Shown here piece after piece: positions 40,034-50,984 of a stretch of 64,000 nucleotides of DNA. Position 1 is the first letter of the stretch. Every line of letters starts with the position of its first letter. The position numbers and the translations under genes are program-made. The notes under the pieces are model-generated. The model ran no database searches. It saw nothing but the letters and a program-made list of their open reading frames with translations, and was not told the DNA's origin. The stretch covers positions 96,001 through 160,000 of the forward strand of contig CAVOKF010000007.1 in assembly GCA_963696385.1 (NCBI GenBank), read 5' to 3'. The DNA is from an uncultured delta proteobacterium. GTDB taxonomy: Bacteria > Myxococcota_A > Polyangia > Polyangiales > Polyangiaceae.

Positions 40034-40798
40034 TCAGCAGCCATAGGCTGTGATCAACAGGTTTACCGTCTCCTCGTCGACGGTTCCGTCGTCTGCGAGT
40101 CCGTCGTCAGGCAGAGGCTCGCTCGTGGGGCTCGCCGGAGACGAGTCACCTTGCGAGGCATCGTCGGTAGAGACGGGTGGGGCTGGATTTGAGTCCGTCG
40201 GCCCAACGGCGATTGAGGAGTCGACACCGGTTTGCGCCGCCCTGAGAGCACGAAGGGCTCCACGGAGGAGCCCTAGATCGCCCGAATCAAAGGTGATGTC
40301 GGCGTCGATATAGGCCAGGCACTGAAGGCGCTGGAAAACCCCGGAAAGCGTGTCAACGGGATCGAGACTGCCAATATGGCACACGAAGGTTGGCCCGGTC
40401 TCGAACAGGATTGTCGCTGTCTCAAGCGTTACGGGAGCCGAAAAGGTCGCTGTGCCGTTGGCGTCGGTCGTGAGCCCGGTAAGCCCTGGAAGCTCTTGAA
40501 CGGCGTATGCCTGCGAGGCGAAGGTCGGATCCGAGATCTGTAGTGTGATGTTTGTGGTCGGCGCGGTCGAAACGAACGTGTTCGTCGCTCCCGTCGTGAG
40601 CGACGTCATCACCGGTGGTTTCTGGTCCGGGATGTAGAGCATGTCCGTCGGATAAAGGATATTCGGATCCTTCGACAGATGGCCAGCCTGCCGAAGCTGC
40701 GCGTTCTGCGGGTCGTTCCAGACGGTGTCCGCATCGAAGCCGAACTTGTAGGCAAGGAGGGCGAGATGGTCGCCTTGTTTGATCACGTAGGGTTGCAG
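40034..40798 (-). CDS. LysM-like / peptidoglycan-binding-like protein (paralog B). Start CTG behind a GAGG RBS, uncertain.
   Basis: PYVIKQGDHLALLAYKFGF...DPNILYPTDMLYIPD...GLADDGTVDEETVNLLITAYGC, colinear with 16247-17008. Confidence 0.82.
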   Translation of the reverse strand: MQPYVIKQGDHLALLAYKFGFDADTVWNDPQNAQLRQAGHLSKDPNILYPTDMLYIPDQKPPVMTSLTTGATNTFVSTAPTTNITLQISDPTFASQAYAVQELPGLTGLTTDANGTATFSAPVTLETATILFETGPTFVCHIGSLDPVDTLSGVFQRLQCLAYIDADITFDSGDLGLLRGALRALRAAQTGVDSSIAVGPTDSNPAPPVSTDDASQGDSSPASPTSEPLPDDGLADDGTVDEETVNLLITAYGC

Positions 40799-40994
40799 AG
40801 GAGCCTCAAAAAACGCGATGTGGGCTGAAAAGGTGCGGAGGTAATCATGCGGTGGGATCTTAACATAGTGCCTCCAGTCCCGGTCAAGTCGCAGCACCAG
40901 GAAAGACCGTTCGGAGGATGTCCCAGATCGGGTTGAAATCGTGAGAGAAGGGGCACCCACGTGGATCCGTGCGCGCTCGCATAGGCCCCGAGGA

Positions 40995-42479
40995 TTACGA
41001 CGCAGCGCGGGCCGCTTGGGACACGAACGGCCGGCCTTCGTCGGCGCAGACGAGCTGAGCGACGTGGCGACCAGACATGAGCGCGGTCGGCACGCCACCG
41101 CCCGGCTCCACCCACTGACCGGCCATGTAAAAGCCCGCGAGTCCAGGGAGTACTTCTTTAACATGGCCGAACATGGCCTGCGGACTCGGAAGCCATCCTT
41201 CGTACGCACCCCTCCACGAGCGCGCGTGCTGCCAGAACGTGATGGGCGTAGAGACATCGGAGACTTGCACGGCCGCCTTCACTCCCGGCATGTACCGGTC
41301 GAGTCGCTCGAGCACGAGCGAAGCGACCGCGTCCTTCTCCGCGCTGTAATTCGAACCTGTCTTGGCCCAATACGTGTAGTCCGTTTCGAGCATCGTCTGC
41401 ACGACGGTGTGCCCCGCCGGCGCGAAGCTCGCGTCTTCGTTGTAAACACGCACGTACAAGTGCTCGCTGGCCACGCCGCCGACCGTAATCGGTTCCACAT
41501 GGTCGACGAGAATGGTCGACGGTACGCGCGCGAGCGGAGTCGCGACGCCGTAGCTCGCGAGTACGACGGGGCGAAACGTTTTCCATTGCTCCATGCGTTG
41601 CCGCATCTCGGCGGCGCCGTAACGTCCTCCGAGCAGACGGAGCACCGTCTCTGGCGCGCTCGCCGTCGAAACGATGATATCGCCGTCGAGGATCGAGCCT
41701 TCGGCGAGACGCACTCCGCGCGCGCGTCCGCCTTCGACGAGAACCTCGTCGACGGTCGAGTGGAGGACCGTTTCGCCGCCGAGCCGTCGATACGTGTCGA
41801 TGAGCGCGTCCCGGAACCGGGCCGTGCCTCCTTCTGGACGCGACAAGTAGCCGTGCTTCAAGTAGCCGAGCACCATCAGTAAGACGAGCGTCGTCGACTC
41901 TTCGGGGACCATTCGCGTGAACAGCCTGCGAAGTCGTTCGCTTTTGAGATATTCGACGGACCACACGCCAATCGGCTTACGGAAATGCGCGATGGTTCCC
42001 AGATCGTGGCGCATGTTCCAGACGTTCGCGAGCTGGTCTCGCATCGTGGAGAGTTCGACGGGCCCATCGATCGGTGGCGCGATGTTCACTACACGCTCGG
42101 CGCCGTCCACGAGCCGCCGGATCTCGTCCACGTCCTCAGGCGCGAGCTCGCGAAGCGCGCGAGCCGTTGCGTCGAGGTCGCGCGAGATGGCCACCTCGAG
42201 GCCGTCGCGGGCATCGCGATAGGTCAGGAACTGCTCCATCGTCCTGAGCGAAACGCGAGGGACGATCCCGAGCTCTTTGTAGATCTGCTGAAACGCGCCC
42301 CCCGTGAGCCAGTGAATGCAGCCGTCGATCGTGTACGGCCCACGGGTCCACGCGGCACAAACGCCACCCAGCGCGAGGTTGTGCTCGATGATGGTCGTGC
42401 GAAAGCCGCTCGCCCGTGCGTAGCATCCGGCCGAGAGGCCCGCGAGGCCACCGCCCACAATGACAACGTGTCGTTCCAT
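40995..42479 (-). CDS. Phytoene desaturase-family FAD-dependent oxidoreductase
   Basis: IVGGGLAGL, GPYTIDGCIHWL, DVSTPITF, GFYMAGQWVEPGGGVP. Confidence 0.9.
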   Translation of the reverse strand: MERHVVIVGGGLAGLSAGCYARASGFRTTIIEHNLALGGVCAAWTRGPYTIDGCIHWLTGGAFQQIYKELGIVPRVSLRTMEQFLTYRDARDGLEVAISRDLDATARALRELAPEDVDEIRRLVDGAERVVNIAPPIDGPVELSTMRDQLANVWNMRHDLGTIAHFRKPIGVWSVEYLKSERLRRLFTRMVPEESTTLVLLMVLGYLKHGYLSRPEGGTARFRDALIDTYRRLGGETVLHSTVDEVLVEGGRARGVRLAEGSILDGDIIVSTASAPETVLRLLGGRYGAAEMRQRMEQWKTFRPVVLASYGVATPLARVPSTILVDHVEPITVGGVASEHLYVRVYNEDASFAPAGHTVVQTMLETDYTYWAKTGSNYSAEKDAVASLVLERLDRYMPGVKAAVQVSDVSTPITFWQHARSWRGAYEGWLPSPQAMFGHVKEVLPGLAGFYMAGQWVEPGGGVPTALMSGRHVAQLVCADEGRPFVSQAARAAS

Positions 42480-42814
42480 GATGTCACGTGCTCAGCAAGC
42501 GGCGCGCCACTCTGTGGCGGAGTACCGGGATGCCTCGCACTCGAAAAAAGAGAGCCTTTTGTACCGCGCGGACCGCGTCTCCTCGCGCCTGGTCGTCGGC
42601 CCTGCGAGGGGGTACGGTTCGTAACGCTCCGACTCGCGCGCAAGGCTTGCGCTGCATCGTATGCCTTGCGTCGGACCTGCCCGATTTCGTCACCTCCGGC
42701 TCACGGCGCCGCGGCCGGCGATTGCAGCACCCTTAGCGCAAAGCAGCTCGCCGCTTGACCTTCGCTGCGAAGACCCGACCGGGGTTGCAAGGGTCGAGGG
42801 CGCGATCCATATAC

Positions 42815-42830
42815 TGAACCACATGGCTCA
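42815..42830 (+). promoter_or_regulatory. Putative ArsR autoregulatory operator overlapping the start codon
   Basis: Imperfect inverted repeat tgaacca-ca-tggctca. Confidence 0.5.
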
Positions 42831-43167
42831 CCATCAGTCGGCCCGCCTCGACCGGTCGTTCGCCGCTCTCTCCGATGCAACTCGGCGGGGCGTTCTGGAG
42901 CGCCTCGGACGAGGGGACGCGTCAATCACGGACCTCGCCGCCAGATTCGAGATGACCCTCACCGGGATGAAGAAGCACGTCAGCCTCCTGGAGGAGGCGG
43001 GTCTCGTGATCACCAAGAAAGTCGGCCGCGTGCGGACCTGCAAGCTGGGGCCGCGCCGGCTGGAGGATGAGACGGCATGGATCGAGAGGTACCGCCAACT
43101 CTGGGACGCACGCTTCGACGCACTCGATGAGCTGGTCCAAACGTTAACGAACAAGGAGGGCCAGTAG
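42823..43167 (+). CDS. ArsR/SmtB-family transcriptional regulator
   Basis: LDRSFAALSDATRR, MKKHVSLLEEAGLV, KVGRVRTC. Confidence 0.92.
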   Translation: MAHHQSARLDRSFAALSDATRRGVLERLGRGDASITDLAARFEMTLTGMKKHVSLLEEAGLVITKKVGRVRTCKLGPRRLEDETAWIERYRQLWDARFDALDELVQTLTNKEGQ

Positions 43168-43409
43168 CCGGTTCAAAGCCTGCCGGTCGACGAAGAAGCC
43201 AGCGCAGGACGAAGAGCCGCGGAGGCCGACCCGGAGAGCCTTCTTGTCCGACCGACACCCCATTGAGCCGACGCCCGCGCGGTCGTTTTCAGGGGGAACC
43301 GGGGAGCCCGACCGCTACCCGGCGACCTCCCTCGTCACGGGCGAGCATCCGCGCGATGTCGCTATCGCGCCTGTCGATTTTCCGCCGCTCGGACATCGAC
43401 GGAGCCACG

Positions 43410-43985
43410 TCACGGATCTGCGTCGTCGAGCTCCCCGACCGGGGACGAGTCCGTGACATCGTCCGACCCATCGACCTCGCCGGAGTCGGTCGCGGGCGTG
43501 CCGCAGGTGATGCCGGGCGAAACAATCACCGGAAAGACGCCCCAGCCTTCGGAGCTCGCGCTGTTGCATTGTGCCGTTTCGGACGAGTATCCGCAGTACG
43601 CATCGAGATCGCACGGCGTACCCTGTGCGGGAGGCACCGCCGGGCACCCAACGTTGCTCGAACAGTCCCAGCCGAGAGTGCCGTCGTCGTTGCTGTCGCA
43701 AACGCATGTCGTCGAACCGCAACAGGCCTGCTCGAAGATGAGAGAGCAGGTCGATCCAGGCGCTGGCGCCGGGCAATTCTGGCTCTCCGCGTCGCTCCGC
43801 CCGGTGGAACACGATGCCAGGGCCGACCCGACGGCCACGACGGGGAAAAGCCAATGCCCAAGCCAGCCTGCTCGAAGACAGAAGTCCGTTCTCGCACGAG
43901 ATTTCCGGGCTGATCGGACGGTCCTCGCTGCCGCCAAGCTTACCCAGCGAATGCCCAATCGGCTCCGAAGCATCCCGAGAATCAC
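43410..43985 (-). CDS. Cys-rich lipoprotein (start uncertain)
   Basis: LASC lipobox, CPAPAPGSTC and CPAVPPAQGTPC repeats, acidic tail. Confidence 0.65.
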   Translation of the reverse strand: MILGMLRSRLGIRWVSLAAARTVRSARKSRARTDFCLRAGWLGHWLFPVVAVGSALASCSTGRSDAESQNCPAPAPGSTCSLIFEQACCGSTTCVCDSNDDGTLGWDCSSNVGCPAVPPAQGTPCDLDAYCGYSSETAQCNSASSEGWGVFPVIVSPGITCGTPATDSGEVDGSDDVTDSSPVGELDDADP

Positions 43986-44893
43986 GGAGTCAGCAAGCCA
44001 GCTAGAGGTCCGTCACGCCGCAGAATCGAGCTCAATTGCTTGAACGGGATGTCGATGACAGCGGCCGACGCGATCACATGGGGCAGGTCGTTCGCGAAGA
44101 ACCGTAACCCAGATCTTGTGATGGCAAAATACGTCAACGCTCCCAAGTAATCATCGAGATTCAGAGAATCGACACCTTGTGACGATAGCTTGCGTAAGAG
44201 CTTTCGACGGATGAGGTCGAGAGTCGTCCTTTTCCACGACGCATCCGGCTTGCAGAGCGCAGCAAGTGTAAGGGACGAGGACGGCTTGCCGGCGCAGATG
44301 CTGAAGTTGTATGCGAAGTGATCCTCATTGGGATACGCACCCCCGAGGTCCGAATACGATTTGCATTCGATGCTCAAGAGTGTTGTCGTGGCCAGGGCCT
44401 CGTCGCACCGGATGTCGAGAACCATCTGGTTGGGCGTTCGTAAATCGCCTTCGGACCCGGCCGTGGCGTCGTCGGCGTCCTTCGTGAACGAACGCCGTCT
44501 GCTCACTAGGTCATCCGCAATGACGCCGTTGATCTCCTTGTCGACGACCGCATCGGAGGAGGAGACGTAGAGGTAGCTTGCCCGCACATCGTACTTGCCC
44601 TGTGGGGGGAGACTCCTGCGTTCGGTTTTTGGCGGTTGCGCGAGCGGAGAGCAGTCAAGCCCAGTTGGCTGAGTGGGACTTGACTTCGCGCCCTGCGCGT
44701 TTGCCACGGAAGCGGGAGGAATGAACGACGCTTCCGTCGTCGAGGCAGACGCGGAAGATGCATGCGAAGGGGCAGACGGAGACGGGTTTCGCGTCGTCTC
44801 AGCGCCCTTGGTCCGAGCGCAACTCGTGGATGCAAGACAGCCAAGGAAAACGAAAGCGTGGACTCGCTGCAACAGCGCGGCGGTTCGCATCAT
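43982..44893 (-). CDS. RsiV/PdaC-like (DUF3298/DUF4163) lipoprotein
   Basis: STSC lipobox-like, LLSI...YSDLGGAYPN...AYNF, FAITRSGLRF, IPFKQL. Confidence 0.65.
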   Translation of the reverse strand: MMRTAALLQRVHAFVFLGCLASTSCARTKGAETTRNPSPSAPSHASSASASTTEASFIPPASVANAQGAKSSPTQPTGLDCSPLAQPPKTERRSLPPQGKYDVRASYLYVSSSDAVVDKEINGVIADDLVSRRRSFTKDADDATAGSEGDLRTPNQMVLDIRCDEALATTTLLSIECKSYSDLGGAYPNEDHFAYNFSICAGKPSSSLTLAALCKPDASWKRTTLDLIRRKLLRKLSSQGVDSLNLDDYLGALTYFAITRSGLRFFANDLPHVIASAAVIDIPFKQLSSILRRDGPLAGLLTP

Positions 44894-45047
44894 GGTTGCA
44901 GTATGCCCCAGACCCGTTTGGCCGCCTGATAGCGACGAAGCCCTCGGCACGGTTCGCGGTCGCCGGCGGTTCCGATGGCAAACTGTTTCGGCTGGGCTAG
45001 CTACCTCTGCGACGCGCGACGAGGTCGCTCGCGAGGAGCCTTGAGCT

Positions 45048-45965
45048 ATGAAAGCGCTGGTATTCGACCGGGTTGGAGATGCTCGTGAGGTGCTCTCGCT
45101 GCGCGAGATCCCCGAGCCTGTTGCCGCAGACGGGCAGGTGCTTATTCGCGTCGAGGCGCGGCCCATTCATCCCGCCGACCTTAGTTTCATCCGCAACACA
45201 TACCGCATTCGGCCGAAGTTGCCGCAGATCGCCGGGCTCTCGGGAGCGGGCCGCGTCGTGACGACCGGAGCGGGCGTCGACCTACGAGCGGGAACCCGCG
45301 CTGCGTTTCGGTGGCCGGGAGCCTGGGCGGAGCTCGTCGCAGCGCCGATCGCGCGAGTCTTGACGGCACCTGACGACGTCTCCCTCGATGACGCCGCGCA
45401 GCTGCCCCTGAACCCGGTCACGGCGTGGGGCCTCCTGCACATGGCGGACGTGACGGGCCCCTCATGGATTGGCCTCACCGCGCCGTCGTCGTCCGTCGCC
45501 AAGCTCGTGGCGGCTCTCGCCGCCATGCGGGGCCTGCGTACCGTCGAGATCACGGCGAGCGCCGACGAGCTTCCGCACCTCGCTGAGAAGGTGCGCGCCG
45601 CTACGGGGGGCGAAGGGCTCGCAGCGCTGATCGACTGTGTCGGAGGCCCGATCGTCGATCACCTGTTTCCCGCGCTGCGCCAGGGCGCCACGCTGGTGGC
45701 TTACGGGACGCTGAGCAGCGAGGCGGCGGTCGTCCCCAACGCCGCGCTCGTGTACTCGAACCTCACGTGGAAGGGCTTCGGGATCGATCGCTGGCTCGAG
45801 GGGCTACGCCCTGGGGAACGGGCCGAGATGATCTCGGCGCTCTGGAATGCCATTCGAGAGGGTCGCCTTCCCCTCCCCGTCGGCGCGCGCGTTCCGCTGT
45901 CGGAGTTCGCCCGCGCGCTCGACGTGGCCGCGAGCGGAGGCGCCGGCAAGGTTCTGCTTGTTTGA
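45048..45965 (+). CDS. MDR-family NADPH-dependent oxidoreductase (enoyl/quinone reductase-like)
   Basis: RPIHPADL, LNPVTAWGLL, DCVGG, YGTLS, GKVLL. Confidence 0.88.
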   Translation: MKALVFDRVGDAREVLSLREIPEPVAADGQVLIRVEARPIHPADLSFIRNTYRIRPKLPQIAGLSGAGRVVTTGAGVDLRAGTRAAFRWPGAWAELVAAPIARVLTAPDDVSLDDAAQLPLNPVTAWGLLHMADVTGPSWIGLTAPSSSVAKLVAALAAMRGLRTVEITASADELPHLAEKVRAATGGEGLAALIDCVGGPIVDHLFPALRQGATLVAYGTLSSEAAVVPNAALVYSNLTWKGFGIDRWLEGLRPGERAEMISALWNAIREGRLPLPVGARVPLSEFARALDVAASGGAGKVLLV

Positions 45966-46183
45966 GTCGACGTCACGCTCTTTGGGCTCGCGTTGGAAGC
46001 GTCAATCCGGCAGACCACGGGCGCTCCGTAAGGATGTGAGAGCGCGCGTCTGCGAGTGCCCGGAGGCCCAGCGATCGCGATTCACGTTGATCCCGGCGAG
46101 GGACCGATCATGACCCCGACTGCGCTTCCTGCTGCCACTGCGCGGCGGTGCCCTGGCCGGACTCTTCGCTGGCTGAATTCTCG

Positions 46184-46630
46184 TCACGCCCTCTTCGTCA
46201 TCACGGCGTCGTACCGGCGCTGCATCTCCTCGGGCGTGACCTTCTCGATGTCGTGGCCGATGAGCCACTCGTGTCCGAACGGGTCACGCACGCTGCCGCT
46301 GCGCTCCCCGTAGAACTGGTCGACCGGCTCGCGCAGGACCTTGGCGCCCGCCCGAACGGCGCGGGCGATGAGCGCATCCGCGTCGTCGACGTGCAGGTGC
46401 AACGAGAACGTCGTACCGCCCACGGTCTGCGGCCCCACGATCCCGCGCTCGGGGTACTCCTCCGAGACCATCACCGTCGTACCGCCGAAGTCGAGCTCGC
46501 AGTGCCCGATGCGTCCGCCGGGCTCGGTCAGACGGTACTTCTCGGTCGCGCCGAACGCGGCCTGGTAGAACTCGATGGCGGCCGGAGCGTTCTGCACGCG
46601 CAGATACGGGAAGACTTCCTTGATCGTCAT
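46184..46630 (-). CDS. VOC/glyoxalase family protein (PhnB-like)
   Basis: PYLRV...AIEFYQAAFGA, DQFYGERSGSVRDPFGHEW. Confidence 0.93.
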   Translation of the reverse strand: MTIKEVFPYLRVQNAPAAIEFYQAAFGATEKYRLTEPGGRIGHCELDFGGTTVMVSEEYPERGIVGPQTVGGTTFSLHLHVDDADALIARAVRAGAKVLREPVDQFYGERSGSVRDPFGHEWLIGHDIEKVTPEEMQRRYDAVMTKRA

Positions 46631-46795
46631 GGGTCGCCTCGTGGAAGAGCGGCGTGCAACGGCGCGCTCCAGGGTCTTGAAGAAATCTTACCGCGAGGCG
46701 TCCTTGTGCGCGACCCGGAATGTCACGCGAGAACCACAGCAAATAGGGCGTACGGCTCCGCGCGAGCCTCCGATGCAAGTCTCTCGTGGCGTTCG

Positions 46796-49700
46796 TCAGC
46801 CGTCCAGCACCTCGCGGACCTTCTTGGTCAGCGTCGTGGGCGTGATCGGCTTCGGAAGGAAGGCGATCCCCGGGCCCAGCTCGCCGCCACGAAGGGCGTC
46901 GTCGGTGTAACCCGACATGCAGAGGATCTTCATGGTCGGTCGTGTCGCCGCGAGCCTCCCGGCCAGCTCGGGTCCCCTCAGGTGCGGCATCACGATGTCG
47001 GTGAGCAAGAGGTCGATCCGCCCCGGGTATTTTTCGGACAGGGCGAGCGCATCGCGCCCATCGGGTGCAGCGATGACACGGTAGCCCCCACGCTCGAGAA
47101 CGGCGCGCGCGACGGCGCGCAACTGCTCGTCGTCCTCGACCAAGAGGATTGTCTCGGAGCCGCGCAGCGTCGTCGGCGCCGCGGGAGCTCGCGACGGACG
47201 GAGCACCTCTGCGTCCACCACCGGAAGGTACACCTCGAAGCACGTCCCCTTCCCCGGTTCACTCTCGAACCCGATGCGTCCCCCGCTTTGCTGGACGATG
47301 CCGAAGACGGTCGACAGGCCGAGGCCCGTGCCCTTGCCCCTCTCCTTCGTCGTGAAGAAGGGCTCGAAGACGCGAGCTTGCGTCGCCTCGTCCATGCCCG
47401 TGCCGGTGTCGGTCACGGCGAGGAGCACGTGCCGACCCGCCTTCGCGCCGAGGTGATCGCGGACGTAGGCCTCGTCAAGCACCGCGTCGGAGGTTTCGAT
47501 GGTGAGGGTTCCGCCTGCCGGCATGGCGTCGCGGGCGTTCACGACGAGGTTCATGAGCACTTGCTCGAATCGAACCGCGATCGACCCTCACCTTTCCGAT
47601 CGAGGACGACAGCCTCGAGACCACGGCCACGTCCTCGCCCACCAGGCGGCGAAGCATCTTCTGCACGTCGGAGATGATTTCGTTCAGGTCGAGGACCTTC
47701 GGCTCGATCACCTGCTGCCGGCTGAACATCAGGAGCTGCCTCGTGAGCGCGGTGGCCCGCTCCGACGCCTTGAGGATCTGCTCGACGTCGGCGCGCGACG
47801 GGTGGCCGGGCTCGTGGTCCATCATGAGCGCGTCCGCGTAGCTCAAGATCACCGACAGAATGTTGTTGAAATCGTGTGCCACGCCACCCGCGAGCCTGCC
47901 GACCGCTTCCATCTTCTGAGCCTGCCGGAACTGCGCGTCGAGGGCGGCGATCGCCTCCGCGGCCTTTTTGCGCTCCGTCAGATCGACCGAGAGCGAGATC
48001 ATTTGCTCCCCCCCCTGCAACGCCGCCACGCCGACCAGCACGGGAACGCGGGTGCCGTCCTTACGGAAGTACTCCTTCTCGCGGGGCTCCGCGCGGCCGA
48101 ACCGGTGGAGCAGATCGGCGGTCTGCACACCCCACTGCGCCCACTCCGGCGGCGTGGCCTTCCGCCAATCGAGCTCCGTGAGGTCGTCGTGCGTGTAGCC
48201 GAGCATCGTGAGGAAGGTGTCGTTCGCCTCGTAGACCCGACCGGAGCCGTCGGCGACGACGATCCCGATGATCCCCGACTCGAAGAGCGCCGTGAACCGC
48301 TGCTGCGAGACGACGAGCGCATCGTCGACGGCCTTGCGGTCCGTGACATCGCGGATGTTGGCGACGACGGCGCCGATCTCGGGCCGGTCGAGCAGGTTCC
48401 TCGCGATCACCTCGATCCAGCGAACCGTTCCGTCGGGCCGGACGAGCCGTCGCACGGCGGGTGGGGTGGAGGACCGGTCGAGGAGCCGTCGCCGGTGGTC
48501 GGCCGCCGCAGCGAGATCGTCGGGGTGCGTGTACTGGCGGAAATTCGTCCCGACCAGCTCGGACGCCGCGCGCCCGAACATCCTCCCGACGGAAGGACTC
48601 GCGTACACGATCACTCCCTCGGCCGTGCTGAGCAAGACCCCGTCGGCGCTGTGCTCGACCAGCGTCTGGAAGCGCACCTGCTCTGTGAGAGCCGCCGCCT
48701 CGGCGCGCTTGCGCTCCGTCATGTCGAGCGCGATCCCCAGGACGTGGGAGTCGTCCAGCACGGCCGCGGTGGCCAGGAGCGACAGGTGGCTGCCGTCCTT
48801 GCGGAGCATCACCTTGTCCCAGGGCGCCGTGACTCCCTCGGCGGCCAGTTGCGCGGTGGCTTGCTCGTCGGCCTTGCGTGACCCCGGCTCCGTGAGCTCG
48901 GCCCAGCGAGCGCACTCGGCGAGGAGCTCGTCGCGCGAGTAGCCGAGCATCCTGGCGCCGGCCTCGTTCACGTCGACGAGGGTGCCGTTTTTGTCGACGA
49001 TGACCATGAAGACGAGGCTGGAGTCCCAGAGCCGCCGGAAGCGCGTCTCGCTGGCGCGGAGAGCGCGATCTTGGCTCTCGGCGAGCTCCACGTGGGCGCG
49101 CGCGAGCGCGGCCTCGGTCCTCTTGCGCTCGGTGACGTCGCGGATCGCGCTCAACACCCTCAGGCCCTCGTGGGTCTCGATCGGGCTCAGGCTGATCTCG
49201 ACGGGGAACTCGCTCCCATCCTTGCGAACCGCATAGAGCTCGAGGCCGGAGCCCATCGCGCGGGTGTTCGGCCCCCGAAGGAAGTCACTCCGATGCGTGG
49301 CGTGGCTGGCGCGAAAGCGCGCCGGGAGCAGGATCTCGACGGGCTTCTGAAGGAGCTCCCAGCGCGAATAGCCAAAGAGCTTCTCCGCTTGGTCGTTCGC
49401 TACGACGATGCGCCCGCTCTCGTCGATGACGACCATCGCGTCGGGAGCGGCGTCCAGCAGGCTGCGACCCCTGGCCTCGACGGCCGCCTGCTCGCGCTGA
49501 GCCGTGACGTCCCTGTGGTGGACGGCGATGAAGGGCGGGAGGCCGGCTGCGGGGGTCACGAGCCGATACAGACTGTCGACGAAAACGAGCGAGCCGTCCC
49601 TGCGCATGCGCGCGGCCTCGAAGTGGATCTGGCCCTCGACGAGCACCTCGGCGCGTTTGCTCGAGGCCTCTCTTCGGCCGTCGGCCGGGACGATGAGGTC

Positions 49701-49868
49701 GTCGATCGAGCGTCCGAGAACCTCCGCCCGCTCGTACCCGAAGAGGGTGGCCGCCGCCTGGTTCCAGAAGAGCACCGCTCCTTCCGGCGATAGGGCCATG
49801 AGCGGGTCGCGCGACCCGTCCACAAGAGCCGCTGCGAAGTCGAATCGCCCCTGGCGCTGCGCATCCAT
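46796..49868 (-). CDS. Hybrid multi-PAS sensor histidine kinase/receiver (CckA-like architecture), apparent +1 frameshift at 47568-47569
   Basis: About five PAS repeats, QKMEAVGRLAGGVAHDFNN H-box, EQVLMNLVVNARDAM, FEPFFTTK, GTGLGL, receiver domain. Confidence 0.92.
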
Positions 49869-50055
49869 GATGATGGCCCCCTCACCGACCACAAGCATAA
49901 GGCCAACCGGAGACCGAACGCGGATAAAGGTCCCGCGCGCGCGAAGGAGAAGGAGTTCACCCAGCCGCCCTTCGCGGCCCCGCACAGATTTGCGGCATGC
50001 CCGCGAACGGCTCCCGTTCGCGCCGAGCCAGCCCGTCGGACTAAAGTGTCGCGCC

Positions 50056-50670
50056 ATGCCGACCGTAAAAAATGGCGTGATGAATCGCGGGCGCGTTTTG
50101 TTGGTGGATGACGACGAAGCGGTCGCGAAGGGCTTTGAGCGAGTGCTCGGGATGGTCGGATACGAGACGCGGTGGGCGTGCAATGGACTCGTTGCGCTCC
50201 AAATGCTCAACGAATCCCGCTTCGATGCCATGGTCTGCGACCTCTTCATGCCGGAGCGCCAAGGACTCGAGACCATCCGGGATGTCCGCAAGCTCTACCC
50301 CGCAATGGGCATCGTGGTGGCTTCCGGTGGGTTCGGTACGACCGAGGTCTCGCTTTGGCTCAAGACGGCGCTCGCCCTGGGAGCTGTCGCGGCCCTAGCA
50401 AAACCCGTGTCGAGCGGAGATTCTCATGAGCGCGGTACGAAAGGCGGTTATGGGGCCACCAGGAAAAATTCGTACGGAATGTTGACCGGGGGGCTCCTCG
50501 GCCGGGATTCGCACGAGTCACTGCCCACAGTATTGCGCGCCGACGGCCCGCAACCATGCGCCAAAGTCCGCAGATTTCGATCGCGGGCGGAACTCGACCG
50601 CCCGCCGCAGGCGGAAACGAAAAGATCGAGGCTCGAGAGGGCCGCGAGAGCAACGCGAAAGCCTCGATAG
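50056..50670 (+). CDS. Single-domain response regulator. Natural end probably near 50484 via an indel near 50420.
   Basis: VLLVDDD, CDLFMPERQGLE, ASGG, LAKP. The alternate frame gives EILMSAVRKAV. Confidence 0.82.
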   Translation: MPTVKNGVMNRGRVLLVDDDEAVAKGFERVLGMVGYETRWACNGLVALQMLNESRFDAMVCDLFMPERQGLETIRDVRKLYPAMGIVVASGGFGTTEVSLWLKTALALGAVAALAKPVSSGDSHERGTKGGYGATRKNSYGMLTGGLLGRDSHESLPTVLRADGPQPCAKVRRFRSRAELDRPPQAETKRSRLERAARATRKPR

Positions 50671-50984
50671 TGCATGGCGGACGTATCTCCTCGCGCGCGT
50701 GGCAATCTCGCTCGCTCAGCCCTTTCCCTCATCTCAATGGCGTCCGCCCCAAGCGAAGTCGACCGATCAAAATCCGTCCGAAATACTTGTGACTTGAGAC
50801 GGTCTATTCCGTCACAAAAGCGACATTTGCGGTCCCACCTGGGACTACACCGCTCGATCTGCATGGCCCGATCGGCTCGACGCGAGCAGGGCCCCATCCA
50901 GCGTTCCCGACCCAGCCCACCCGCGGGCAAGGAGCCGACGCCGGCCTCCGATAGCGAGCTCGGCTGGCACGAAAGGGATACGCC

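Noticed and set aside
40995..42479. Carotenoid biosynthesis (crtI) call
   Set aside because: Family-level similarity only, with no crtB or crtE nearby.
47475..47580. Programmed frameshift or split kinase
   Set aside because: No slippery heptamer. A single extra base restores the canonical GSIEQVLMNL, so it is probably an error or a recent mutation.
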